Of a DNA stretch of 64,000 bases, positions 22,046 through 35,100 are shown piece by piece. Each line of letters opens with the position of its first letter. Positions within the stretch are counted from its first letter, which is position 1. The stretch is from Diplonema japonicum (taxonomy: Eukaryota; Protista; Euglenozoa: Diplonemea): contig OZ025763.1 of assembly GCA_964019335.1 (NCBI GenBank), positions 73,335-137,334 of the forward strand, written 5' to 3'. The position numbers and the translations under genes are program-made. Under the pieces are notes generated by a model. The model searched no databases. It was not told the origin of the DNA and saw nothing but the letters and a program-made list of their open reading frames with translations.

Positions 22046-22532
22046 GCAAGCAGTCTCTTTGTACTGCTTTTCTTGGTTTCTCAAAAAGTGTTTATTTTCA
22101 AACAAAAGGTTTTTTTTTTCTTTTTCTTTTTTCTTTTTTGTATTTAACAAGTACTGCTCAGTTTCTTGTCAGAGCAAAAAAAAAAAAAAAAAAGAGTAGT
22201 GGTAACATGCAGTATTTATCCCAGGATTATACCGCGTGCACAAACAAGTACTAAAAACCGACTCTTGTTTATTTTTTTCTTATTTTATTTTTACTCTTTT
22301 CTCCGTACATTTTTTTTTTATCAAATCCCCGCCAGTGTGCCACCCTTAGATATTCCTTGGTTGTTTCTTACCTGCTTTTTTCAGAACCCGCTCAGTTTTT
22401 ATGAAAACAAAGAAATGAGTTTGACGACAACAGCACACGATAAAGAGAGAAGGCTATCAGTTCCAGCAGACAGGGAACGATCATCTTTGTTACCATGCAG
22501 CAGGTAGCGAAGGATAAGGGGGTAGAACCTGC

Positions 22533-24980
22533 ATGCTCACCACCGCTGCACTGCTACTTACGTGCAGAACTGCGGGGTGGGGTGGAGGCGGGGTGAAGAT
22601 TCTCATTATCTTTCAATTCTCCCAATCAATTCATGCACAGCAATGGGGGGGTGTGAAGAGCTCGTGTCATGCGGCATGTGCGTCTGGGACGCATCGGTGG
22701 TGGAGGCGGGGCACATCCAAGACTACGCTTGCCAGTGGTGCCTGGCAACCGCAAAGTGCGTGTCCAATGGGACACAGAGCTGTTCGTCTGCGACAGACAC
22801 GGTGACAGGTGACGCTCACAGGTCGCAGTGCCCAGACCTGCAATGCCACCTGGCCCCCATCTCTTTCAACGTTTACGTGTGTGAGGGTGTTGTCATCACA
22901 TCGTTCTGGGTGAACCTATTCCTGCTGATCTGTTGCCTCCTCTTCATGCTGTGGTACAAGTCCATTGGGCAGCAACCGTGGAAGTTTCAGGGGCTTGAAA
23001 ACCTCGCTGCAATGCGGTGGCACCATCAGCTCCCTAGCGAAACAGAAATGGACGCCATGCAGGCATCACATGCGAGCGATGACATACCTGTGCGCGCAAC
23101 CGGGCCCCTCCGGCCCCGTAGGAAAGAAAAAACCTGTTTCGCCTGCACAGCCGAGGAGGAGTGCGAGTGGTGCGCCACAGCACGCGTGGCCTTCCTCCCC
23201 ATTCTCATCAGCTCGGTGACATGTGTCAGCAACATCCTGGCTATTATTTTGTTCTCCCTTCGCCGCCATTTCTTTGAGCCCTATTCTCTGGTTACCGTTT
23301 CCCTTGCCCTCTTCACGCTGCTGGCTCTGACATATCACATATCCAAGCTGCGCGGCCCTTCGTGGGACCCTTACTATCTCAGGTTTGCCGTCATCTTGAA
23401 GGGGAGGAGCATCGCGTCTGTGTTCCCCACATACAAGGTGGGCCACCGGACAAAACACCTTCAAGGCCACGTAGAGACGAAGGGGTCCATTGGCAGCTTG
23501 AACCAATTCCCCAGTTTCTTCGGCGAGTTGTACAACCGTGCCATTGCTGGGCTGTCCGACCAGGCGTCCCCAACAGCAGACTCGCCGACGCCAGCTGTGG
23601 ATGTGGATGTGGAGAAAACTGAAAGAAGCCAGCCTTCCCCTCTTGAATTTGTGCCGTGTGTAGAAACACTGGAAGCGGGTGAAGACGAAGCTGAGGATGA
23701 AGACGTGGGCAGCGCTGCAGACGACGATCCTGCCGAACAAGAAACACCGCTGATCAGAGTCAGCGACCCAGTATGACCACAAAACACACACACACACATA
23801 CAAAACAGGTGCCAATGTTGGTGGAAGGCAGGTACGACCCGCTGGTCACAACGGTACGCGCTTTGGAGCCGAAACTGAAACAAAAGCTTCGGAGCGTCCT
23901 GGAAGAAGGCGACTATTCCGAAGACGAAGTATGCAGTTTCTTTTTTTCTGTTATCACTCCACACGCAGGCTGTTGTGTGGTGCTGCAAGCCTTCAGTGGG
24001 ACGCCTTCTGCTCCACGACGTGCTGTTCTTTCAGGTCATGGGCACGGTGGCTGTGGGCAGCTCGCTGTTCTTCTCAATCGCTGCCGACACCGATTTGCCT
24101 CTCACAAAGATAGTGGGTAGCGCGAACCTGTACATCATAGGGACCATCGTGTTGGTGTCAGCGTGTGTGTTGGTAGCACTGTTTGCCGTGTCCTGCTCAC
24201 GTGTTTACGTGCTGACAACACACAACATTCTGACCTTGTATAACGGGTTTTGGGGCGTCACCCCTACGATGCAGAATCTCTGCGATGTGAAGTGCGGAAT
24301 GGTGTGCACGTACCACGAGTGTGGGTTCAGGCAGGTCGTGTTCTCATGGAGGCAGCCTGCCGGGGGCGATAGAAGGATGATGGCTCCTGCCTCTGCCCAG
24401 TTTTCCTGCATCGAAAGGCCGGAAGAACTGGTCAGAAAATTCACCAGATTTTGCCCTCCCATAGACGACGAAGCGTGGAGCGGGATGCGAGCCGCCCTGT
24501 TGCCGGAGTGGCGCATGTACATGTCCCTTTTCTACGGGCTGCTGTTGCTGTCGATCACCTCTTTCCACTACAAGACAGTTCCTACTAACATACTCATTTT
24601 GGGGACAGCGTGCTGCTTCTCAGCGTGCATTGGGGTCTTCATGCGGGGCATGCGGTACCACAACGCCACTTATGTGCCTGTTGCGACACGCAGGAGGGAC
24701 GGGTTCAGAAAGGTCCAATGGATCACGAAGGTATTTTCTTTTTTTTTATATGAAATCGTTCATCTCACTATCACAGCGAGTAACGCAAGAAGCGAACGGT
24801 AACAGGCCCCAAACAGAGGACGTGTTGGAAGCGATCGCCACAAGAAGGTGTGTGTTTTTTTCTTTCTTTTTTTTTCTTTTCCCTCTTTTTTTTCTCTTAC
24901 AACACCACAAATTACTGCACAGGTTCGAGGCGTTGCAAGACCGTGTCGCTTCGCCGGGACCTGCATCGCTTGGGCATTAA
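22533..24980 (+). CDS. Multi-pass membrane protein with N-terminal PSI-like Cys domain (multi-exon; start uncertain, 22533 or 22643)
   Basis: C..SC..C..C.WC....C pattern; hydrophobic segments; in-frame introns 23771-23808, 23929-23968, 24731-24776, 24848-24922. Confidence 0.65.
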
Positions 24981-25080
24981 GAATTCTTTTTTTTTTTTTC
25001 ATTTCTTTTAAAAAGATGATAAACCATACAACAAGCACAGTGTTCATTTCTCAATTCATAAAAAAAAAAAAAGAAAATAA

Positions 25081-26901
25081 ATGGAGCTCGTCTCACCGGA
25101 GAAGCTAAGCAAGGCCTACGAGGTATCGAAGACGGCACTGACATGGGCCTTCAACTACCCCAGAACATCCGCTACCGCTGTCTTCCTCGCGGTGCGCATT
25201 CTGAAAAAACTCTTAAGCCGCCTGCCCAACAACGTGTTCCTTGAGATCAGCCTCGACAGGGTGGAGTTCACCGAAATGCACACCGACCCAATGCTGAAGG
25301 TGCTGTATAAGAATAAAATGTGTTTCATTTCGTTGTTGAACGTGTTGGAGGCTGCCGGGCAGGACTCAAGGGTGAAGGGGATCCTTGTCCTGACAGGATC
25401 GGGGAGGTACTGCACGGGACTGGCCCAGGTTGAGGAGCTCAGGAACGCCTTGAAGCACTACAACAAGACAACAGGGAAACCTGTTGTGTGCTACGCCCCA
25501 ACATTCGGGGAAGCCACCGTCGGGCTTGTGGACTACTGGATGGCAACAGCATGCACACACATCGTGATGCCCAACTGCGGAGGTGTGAATATCACCTCAG
25601 CCTGTGCTTCCGCAACATTCTTAAAAGGGCTTCTCCAGAAGCTGGGCCTATCGGCAAACCTGACACAACGAAGCGAGTTCAAGAACGCAGGGAATATGTT
25701 CACCGAAGACAAGATGACGGAAGCTCACAAGGAGCAATCGTTGCGATTGCTCAAGCAAGTCACAGAGATGCTTGGGGAAGGCATGAGGGACAAGAACCTC
25801 GACCCTTCAATTCTCGAAAAGGGTCCCTTCACCAGCGGGGGCGCCGTGTCCCATGGCCTCATCGACAGGATCATGTACTATGACGACGTGATGGCAGAGC
25901 TGATCCCCGAGCTCACGGGCCTCAAGGCGGGGCAGCTCAACTTCAGAAACATCGCATCATACTCGCCTTTCGCACCGAAACAGTACCAAAAAGGATTTAG
26001 ACAAACCACGGTGGCTGTCCTCACAGCACAGGGAGGCATCCATCAAGGGAAGTCCGAAACACTCTACCAAGGCGGGCCCAGCATCGGTTCGAACACACTG
26101 TGCGCTCAGCTGAGGTCCATTAGAGAGGATACCTCTATCAAGGGCCTCGTCCTCAGGATCGACTCGAGGGGCGGCAGCTACGTGGCGTCGGACCTCATCC
26201 ACCACGAGCTCAAGAAGCTTCGTGCAAAGGGCATCCCGATAATAGTGAGCATGGGCAATGTGGCGGCGTCAGGCGGGTACTACCTGGGGATGATGGGGCA
26301 GAAGGTGTTCGCCAGCAAGGCGTCGCTGACGGGGAGCATCGGCGTCGTCAACGGCAAAGTCGTGTTCAGAGAAATGTTGGAAAAGATGGGGGTGACGGTG
26401 GACAGCATCAAAGGGGGGAAGAACAGCTACTACTTCAGCACGGTGCACGACTTCGACGAAGAAGACAAAAAGGTGTTTGAGGCACAAACAGATTACATCT
26501 ACAACGACTTCAAGAACAACGTAGGGAAGGCGATCAACATGTCAGACGAAGAGGTCGAGAGCGTAGCCAAGGGGCAGGTGTTCTTCGGGGATGAGGCACT
26601 TGAGAAACGATTGGTGACAGACATCGGTGGGTACAGAGACGCCCTTGACGCCATGGCGGCGGAGCTTGGGCTGGCTTCAAGGCACAAGATGTATTTGACA
26701 CCCTTCCCTGCCAATATTGGTGTTGGCATGCTGCTGAAGAAGGCCGTGAACCGCGAGGACATCGACAGGTCGCCGCTGAGCATGGTGACCCTCCATGCCT
26801 GCCTCCTTTCCCTCATCCCAGGGACCTCGTTCTTCTCCTCCTTCGTCAAGAACACCGTCGAGCCAGAGCTCGTCGCGCACAATGTGCCCTCCTTCTTGTG
26901 A
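25081..26901 (+). CDS. sppA: Signal peptide peptidase SppA / protease IV (family S49, 67K type)
   Basis: Tandem S49 domains: EFKNAGNMFT, LRIDSRGGS, SMGNVAASGGYY, TGSIGV, VAKGQVFFG. Confidence 0.88.
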   Translation: MELVSPEKLSKAYEVSKTALTWAFNYPRTSATAVFLAVRILKKLLSRLPNNVFLEISLDRVEFTEMHTDPMLKVLYKNKMCFISLLNVLEAAGQDSRVKGILVLTGSGRYCTGLAQVEELRNALKHYNKTTGKPVVCYAPTFGEATVGLVDYWMATACTHIVMPNCGGVNITSACASATFLKGLLQKLGLSANLTQRSEFKNAGNMFTEDKMTEAHKEQSLRLLKQVTEMLGEGMRDKNLDPSILEKGPFTSGGAVSHGLIDRIMYYDDVMAELIPELTGLKAGQLNFRNIASYSPFAPKQYQKGFRQTTVAVLTAQGGIHQGKSETLYQGGPSIGSNTLCAQLRSIREDTSIKGLVLRIDSRGGSYVASDLIHHELKKLRAKGIPIIVSMGNVAASGGYYLGMMGQKVFASKASLTGSIGVVNGKVVFREMLEKMGVTVDSIKGGKNSYYFSTVHDFDEEDKKVFEAQTDYIYNDFKNNVGKAINMSDEEVESVAKGQVFFGDEALEKRLVTDIGGYRDALDAMAAELGLASRHKMYLTPFPANIGVGMLLKKAVNREDIDRSPLSMVTLHACLLSLIPGTSFFSSFVKNTVEPELVAHNVPSFL

Positions 26902-27009
26902 GGCGTGTGGCGTGATGGTGATGCGTTCCGCGGATTCAATCTTTGCAACACCTAGCTACTTGTCATCTATCTTTTTTTATATAAAGAATTCTGTTTTTCT
27001 TTTCTTTAG

Positions 27010-29432
27010 GTGCTGAACAGTAGGCCGGCGAGAGGAACCCCGGGTGTGGACGGCTGGAGGATCGCGGAGCTGAAGGCTATACCTGACGCGCTGCTGGAGA
27101 GGTGGGCGCAGCTCTTCAACATCATCGAGGAGACCGGCGAATGGCCGGAGGCGCTACTGACGGCACTCGTCTCCCTGATACCCAAGGGTGAGGACAGATC
27201 CCCGCTGAACCATCGGCCGATCACGGTCACCAGCGCTGTGTACAGGCTGTGGGCGACGACGAGGATGAGGCGCATCTTGGTCTGGCAGGAGTCGTGGGCG
27301 CACACGTCACAGCACGGTTTCAGGTCGAGGAGAGGGACGGACACGCTGCTGCTGGAGCTGACGACGCAACTCGAGGAAGCCCTGCTGTCGGGCACACCGA
27401 TGCACGGTCTCGCACTGGACTTTGTCAAGTGCTTCGACCGCATCCCGCGGGAGGTGGCACTTGGACTGATGGGGGACCTGGGGCTACATCAGAACATACT
27501 GCGGCCGCTGACGACGATGTACGAGTCCCTCAGGCGGAGGTTCAAGTACCCGACAGGGGTGGGTGACGAGTTCGCCACATCGAACGGCATCTTGCAGGGG
27601 TGCCCGATCTCGGTGGTGATGGTGAACGCGCTGGTGGGGGTGATGGTGAGGGCGATCATGGCGGAGGTGCCCGGGGCAGATTCCCTGTCGTACGCAGATG
27701 ACGTGTACCTGATTGCAGCTCTGCTCAGCGCACTGGAGAAGGCGGCAGCGGGGGTAGGCGAATTCTCTCTGCTAACGGGGATGAGTCTCAACCTGAAGAA
27801 GACGGACATGTTCTCAGAAGGGTCCGGGTCGGTGAAGTGTGGGCGGGAAGTGCTTGCAGCCAAGACGGAGATCAGCGCCCTGGGCATCAAGGTTTGCATG
27901 GACGGCGAATGGAGCGGGCGTGCGGAAGGCTGGCTGCCATGCCGTTGGGATTCTCACAGAAGGCAAGGATCATCTCCAGCTCCATCCTCCCCTCTTGCCT
28001 CTACGGTGTTGCGTATGCCCCCCCCTCGAAAGTGGATGCAGGCACAATCCGGTCGAGAGTAGCGACATGCCTCTGGGGACCGAAGTTCAAGATGCGCTCA
28101 CCGTGTGCTGTAGCGAACATCTTGCTGCCGGGGCACACGACGGACCCGCTGGTGGTGACGCTTTATCGACTGTTGTGCACGGTGGTGAAGGTTGGTAGGT
28201 CGGATGCAGAGCTGTGGGACCGGATGGGAAGGTGTGCCGCCCTGTACCTGCAGAGCGACGTGGAGGCCCAGGGACCAGTGGGAACCCTAGTGAGACGATG
28301 GCTGCCGGCGATCGGGAAGAGCTGGAGTTTTGTGGAAGGGCTGCGTACCACGACCGAGCGGGAACGCAAACACGAGATCCGCCGAGTGGCACGGGCCATG
28401 ACAGCAGCGGAACAAGCAGAAGGGAGGACCTCCTACAGCGGCATGCCAGAGGGGGCCGACCCGGTCACGAACGGGTGGTGGAGGGCGCTCGCGAACAACC
28501 CGATGGCGGCGTACAGGTTGAGGAGGCTGATTGCTGGGGCGGTGTTTGCGGTGTACCCTGCGGTGCGGGGAGTGGCGGAGGGGCCGGACAACCCGCTGCA
28601 GCACCTCTGTGACGTGTGTGGGGAGCGTTACGGCAGCTACACCGAGGTGCTGGAGCACGCCCTCTGGCGATGCGAACTCGGAGATGCGGTGCGGGGCAAG
28701 GCAGAGTATGCGAGACTCGACCCGGCGACCATGCCGAACGCGACGGCGCTCCACGGGATAGTGCCCAGGGGATGCCAAGACAAGCCGAGGGCCCTGTTGG
28801 TGCAAAGGTACCTGCTGGAGGTGGTCACACTGAGGGATACGGCGGTGGAAGCGAACCGCGCATTGCAGACGCAGACATACCCGTGGCGGGTGGTCGTGAC
28901 GGGAAGGGCACACCCGACGCCGACGGTGGCCGAATTACGTGGGCTGGGAGCATCGGGGAAGGTGATGGACAGGCTGCTGGGGCCGGTGCTGAGGTGGCTG
29001 AGTGGCTTGCTGTGGGATGACGCCCCTGGACGGCACACGACGGTTACGACGCTGGAGCTTGCCCTCGACTTCGAGCGGGAGACGGAGCTGCCGCTAGACG
29101 ACGGCGGGGAAGTGGGCAAGGTGGAGGACCTGGGCGTCAAGGCAAGGAGGCTGAGGTATGTGCTGAGACGTGTCCAGGACCTGTACCACGCTGATGGCAG
29201 AAGGACGGCGTTCCCAGCAGCGCGAGTGGATCGCGTCAACTCCCTGCGCTGTATAGGAGGACCGACCACACACGGGTATGACAGGAGGCCAGTACTCCCG
29301 GAGCGAACCATGAGCAGCATCGAAGGCTTGCGTGACACGTACCTGTTGCAGACCCCGACAAGGCTGCCCCGCAGTTTTACCACCGCAGTAGGAACCCGCC
29401 AGAGCCCCCAGAACGGGGACAACGGGGACTAA
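27010..29432 (+). mobile_element. 5'-truncated non-LTR retrotransposon (RT + CCHC zinc finger), frameshifted near 27900
   Basis: GVDGW, LIPK..RPITV, LDFVKCFDRI, GILQGCP, YADD; second frame carries CDVC..EHALWRC. Confidence 0.85.
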
Positions 29433-29482
29433 GAACAGCGCGGCCGGTGAGCGCAAAAACGCATACCTTAAAAGAATAGGTT

Positions 29483-29526
<44 letters not shown>

Positions 29527-30164
29527 ATGAACGAGAAAAACAAATATTATGCATACAATGAATTGTTAGTGCTAAAAAGAGTAGTGGTGGCATTGTTGGG
29601 CTTATCCTTCTACAGGTTAACCCCGGCGGTGCACAAACAAGAATCGACCGACTCTTTTTTTTTTCCGTTGAAAACGCTGTCTTTTTTGAGCAGTGTTTTA
29701 AGTATGAGAGTGAACGAGGGGGGGGTACAAAAGGGTGTTGCAAAAAGAAAATAGCCGCTTTCTTTTTGCAAGTTTTTCCCAGGCCTTTTTACAGTACTGT
29801 GTGAATGCGAAAACGCGAAAAAGAAATTTGATGCGAAAAAACATTTCGCATCACTACTATGCCTTGGGGGGTGGGAGGGTGGAGATCGCAAACATGCCAG
29901 GGGGAAAACCTTGTCACATTACCGCAGGGTTCCCCTTCTTTTTATTTTCTCGATTTAATTTCTTTTTTTTTTGTCCCCCCACGTTCTTTGCGGATGTATA
30001 CTACACAATAACAGCCATCCTTCTCCTTTTTTTTGGGGGGGTTTTTTTTTTTTTAAAGTCAGCCCGGCTTCGCCAACTCGTTTCTTTCTCTTTTTTCTTT
30101 TTCTTGAACCCTAAACCACTCCCCAGTTTCTTTTAAAAAAAACATATAACACCCCACAGGCACG

Positions 30165-31645
30165 ATGGGGGGCACGGGCATGGTGTATGACGTGCGAAGC
30201 AATGCACACCGCAGCCTTTCTGAAGAGCACGTCGAGACACCTCTGCGTACAAAGTTCATAGCCGCGCAGCTGGAGGACACAGGCGTGGCACAGATGTGCA
30301 AGAAGGTGCCCGCCAGGCCGGCCGCCGACGACGAGCTGCTATTGGTGCACACGGAGCAATACCTGAAGATCATTAAAGAGACACAAAGCGGGAAACAACT
30401 AAGCAAGCTAGTCCACGACATCGACATGTTCAGCTGCAAGGAGAGCGAGACCGCAGCACGGGTATCATGTGGAGGCCTCATCGAACTCACGAAAAAGGTT
30501 GCCGACGGTGAGCTGCACAACGGGTTCGCGGTGATCCGACCACCGGGACACCATTCCAACCCTGCCGTGCCCAGCGGGTTCTGCCTTTACAGCAACGTGG
30601 CCATCGCAGCACGAGCGGCTCAACGCGACTGCGGGATGAAGAAGATCTTAATCTTCGACTGGGACGTGCACCATGGCAACGGAACAGAATGGGTATTCTA
30701 CGACGACCCGTCCGTTCTTGTTATTTCTGTTCACGGGCATGGTATGGGTAAGAGTCACGGTGTTCGATCGGCTTTAAAACGCGAGCTCGGCGAAATGGAA
30801 GCCCACGAGAGGGAACAGGCCTGCAAACGACAGTGCGTTGCAAAAAGCATGTCGCCCGCCAACAGCGATGACGAGGAAGCGTGCGACTGGTTCGCCTCCC
30901 TCGGGCTGTACGAGGACCCAAACAGCAACAACAGCACCGATGCTGGCAGCACGGAAACCAACGCTTCCACGCCTGAACAACCCACAGGCGTCTGCAACGA
31001 GGTCTCCAGCAACACATTCTACCCCGGCACCGGCTTCTCAGAAAGAATCGGCATCGGGAAGGGTCTTGGCTACAACGTTAACATCCCATGGCCGTGCGAT
31101 GGGTTCGGGGATGTCGAGTACAAACGGGTGGTCGATGACATTGTCATGCCCATGGGGAAGGAGTTCAAGCCCGACCTCGTCATCATCTCCGCAGGGTTCG
31201 ACGCAGCCCTGGGGGACAAGCTTGGCGGCATGCGGGTCACGCCTTCCGGATTTGCTCAAATGACAGAGACCCTTGCAGGGCTGGCTGGCGGGAAGGTATT
31301 TTGTGTTTTTTGTTTTGTTTTTGTGTACTATTACTTACAGATTGTTGCCGCGCTTGAGGGTGGCTACACAACGGAGGTGATAGCTTGTTGTGCGGAGGTA
31401 TGTGGAAGTTAGCTTTTTTATGGTTAAAAGACAATTTCACCTTCCCACAGAGCGTCGTGAGGTCGCTACTCCGGCTGAGCGGTGAGAGGAACCCGGATGC
31501 GGGATCGCTATGCTTGCGGGATCAGGTATAGTCGTCAGGGGAGAAAAAAAGAAAAAAACGAGAAAAAAAACAGTGCACTGAGACTCTCAACACAGTGGTG
31601 GGACACCACAAGAAGTACTGGAAATGCCTCAATAACAAGGGCTAG
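30165..31645 (+). CDS. Class II histone deacetylase (exons 30165-31295, 31341-31397, 31451-31525, 31574-31645)
   Basis: RPPGHH, GFCLYSNVA, DWDVHHGNG, FYPGTG, SAGFDA, LEGGY; spliced C-terminus HHKKYWKCL. Confidence 0.88.
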
Positions 31646-32139
31646 AAAAATCGTTCGCCCCGGGGTTTTAAAGGGGGGAAAGGAAAAGACCTCCCTCCTC
31701 CCCCCCCCCATGAAGTGAAAAAAAAAAGAGTTACGTTTGCTTGACATAATCCACGACGAGCGGAAAAAGACAAAAAAAAAAAAGAAAATAAAAAACGGTT
31801 GGTCAGTTATCAACAAACTGCCATTTCATGCCTGTGAGCTACATGTTCCAGTCTCTTAACAGCCTGCAGGTGGATCTCAATGAATGGACCGTTCGGGAGG
31901 TCGTAGGTGGTGTGGGTAGGAATGTGTCGCAGCGCTACCGCACAGAGTGAACTGCTAGCCGTCAGCAGCAAGGTGAGAGTGAGGCTGGGGAATCCTCGTG
32001 CTTCCACATTCTGCACGTCAACGTCCGCAGCTTGAGGAAATGGGATCTTTCGACCTACCTATTAGATTAAAATAAATTATTTTCTCTTCACTTTTTTTCT
32101 ACAACCTTAAGCAACACCTTAACCTCCACAGGCCGCGTG

Positions 32140-35100
32140 ATGCTTCTTGGACTGCTGCTTGTTTCCCTTGTCTGCCCAGCGTTATGTAAGACTTGGGCCG
32201 CGGACTTCGAGACGAACTGGGTTCTGAATGGTGACGAGGTCACCTTCACCTTTGTGTGCACCGTCGGGAAGTGGTGTGCACTCGGATTCGGGAGTTCCAT
32301 GTCCGATGCCGATGTTGTTGTTTGCGACGCAACCACATGTCTTGACATGACGTCAAGCGGAAGGGCTAACCCTTCGAAGGACACCTCGCAAGACATCACA
32401 GGGGTGAGCAACACTGGCACAGCAGGTGGGAAGTACACAGTGCAGTGGACCAGGAAGTTGGTTACTACAGATGCGACCGACAAAACAATCACCAAAGATG
32501 TACCTACCAATGTGATCTGGGCCTTTGGGCCTGGCACTATGGATGCTTCTGGTGGGATTTCCATGCATACTGCCACCACTGATCGCAACAGTGATACCAT
32601 CACCGTGGTAAGCCCTACTCCTGGAAGTGCTGCGAAGACTTGGGCTTCTGATTTCACAATGAACTGGGTTTTGAATGGTGACGAGGTCACCTTCACCTTT
32701 GTGTGCACAGTCGGGAAGTGGTGTGCACTTGGATTCGGGAGTTCCATGTCCGATGCCGATGTTGTTGTTTGCGACGCAACCACATGTCTTGACATGACGT
32801 CAAGCGGAAGGGCTAACCCTTCGAAGGACACCTCGCAAGACATCACAGGGGTGAGTAACACTGGCACAGCTGGAGGGAAGTACACAGTGCAGTGGACCAG
32901 GAAGTTGGTTACTACAGATGCGACCGACAAGACAATCACCAAAGATGTACCTACCAATGTGATCTGGGCCTTTGGGTCTGGCACTATGGATGCTTCTGGT
33001 GGGATTTCCATGCATACTGCCACCACTGATCGCAACAGTGATACCATCACCGTGGTAGGCCCCACTGATGCTCCTGCTACATCTGCACCCGTTACCCCTA
33101 CTCCTGGTAACGTAGCACCTGGGAAGACTTGGGCTTCTGACTTCACAATGAACTGGGTTTTGAATGGTGACGAGGTCACCTTCACCTTTGTGTGCACCGT
33201 CGGGAAGTGGTGTGCACTCGGATTCGGGAGTTCCATGTCCGATGCCGATGTTGTTGTTTGCGACGCAACCACATGTCTTGACATGACGTCAAGCGGAAGG
33301 GCTAACCCTTCGAAGGACACCTCGCAAGACATCACAGGGGTGAGCAACACTGGCACAGCTGGAGGGAAGTACACAGTGCAGTGGACCAGGAAGTTAGTTA
33401 CGACAGATGCGACCGACAAGACAATCACCAAAGATGTACCTACCAATGTGATCTGGGCCTTTGGGCCTGGCACTATGGATGCTTCTGGTGGGATCTCCAT
33501 GCATACTGCCACCACTGATCGCAACAGTGATACCATCACCGTGGTAGGCCCCACTGATGCTCCTGCTACATCTGCACCCGTTACTCCCGCTCCTGCAACA
33601 TCTGCACCAGTTACCCCCGCTCCTGCTACATCTGCACCTGTTACCCCTACTCCTGGAAACGTAGCACCTGGGAAGACTTGGGCTTCTGATTTTACAACGA
33701 ACTGGGTTCTGAATGGTGACGAGGTCACCTTCACCTTTGTGTGCACAGTCGGGAAGTGGTGTGCACTCGGATTCGGGAGTTCCATGTCCGATGCCGATGT
33801 TGTTGTTTGCGACGCAACCACATGTCTTGACATGACGTCAAGCGGAAGGGCTAACCCTTCGAAGGACACCTCGCAAGACATCACAGGGGTGAGCAACACT
33901 GGCACAGCAGGTGGGAAGTACACAGTGCAGTGGACCAGGAAGTTAGTTACGACAGATGCGACCGACAAGACAATCACCAAAGATGTACCTACCAATGTGA
34001 TCTGGGCCTTTGGGCCTGGCACTATGGATGCTTCTGGTGGGATTTCCATGCATACTGCCACCACTGATCGCGGTAATGATACCGTCACCGTGACTGATGC
34101 TCCTGCTACATCTGCACCTGTTACCCCTACTCCTGGAAGTGCAACATCTGGGAAGACTTGGGCTTCTGACTTCACAATGAACTGGGTTCTGAATGGTGAC
34201 GAGGTCACCTTCACCTTTGTGTGCACAGTCGGGAAGTGGTGTGCACTTGGATTCGGGAGTTCCATGTCAGATGCCGATGTTGTTGTTTGTGATGCAACCA
34301 CATGTCTTGACATGACGTCAGCAGGACTGACCATTCCTTCGAAGGACACCTCGCAAGACATCACAGGAGTGAGTAACACTGGCACAGCAGGTGGGAAGTA
34401 CACAGTGCAGTGGACCAGGAAGTTGATTACGACAGATGCGACCGACAAGACAATCACCAAAGATGTACCTACCAATGTGATCTGGGCATTTGGGCCTGGT
34501 GATATTCAAGCTTCTGGTGTGTTTTCAAAGCATAGTGCCACGGCCCATCGCAGCAATGATGTCATTACTATATCTGATGCTCCTGCAACATCTGCACCAG
34601 TTACTCCAAACCCCGTGGCAACCACCCCCTCACCACCTGCAACATCTAGACAGACTTGGGCTTCTGACTTCACAATGAACTGGGTTTTGAATGGTGACGA
34701 GGTCACCTTCACCTTTGTGTGCACAGTCGGGAAGTGGTGTGCACTTGGATTCGGGAGTTCCATGTCCGATGCCGATGTTGTTGTTTGCGACGCAACCACA
34801 TGTCTTGACATGACGTCAAGCGGAAGGGCTAACCCTTCGAAGGACACCTCGCAAGACATCACAGGGGTGAGCAACACTGGCACAGCAGGTGGGAAGTACA
34901 CAGTGCAGTGGACCAGGAAGTTAGTTACGACAGATGCGACCGACAAGACAATCACCAAAGATGTACCTACCAATGTGATCTGGGCATTTGGGCCTGGTGA
35001 TATTCAAGCGTCTAGCCAGTTTTCTGTGCATGCTGCCACCACTGATCGCGGCAGCAATACGATTATCGTTTCACTCTCCGCAACAACAGACGCTCCTGCA

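Noticed and set aside
11732-26901. Bacterial contamination explaining cobQ and sppA
   Set aside because: Both are interleaved with intron-containing eukaryotic genes and share the same intergenic style; no operon structure.
32088-34475. 795-aa minus-strand ORF (also antisense ORFs at 7768-8859 and 39743-41008)
   Set aside because: Antisense shadows of repetitive or codon-biased + strand genes.
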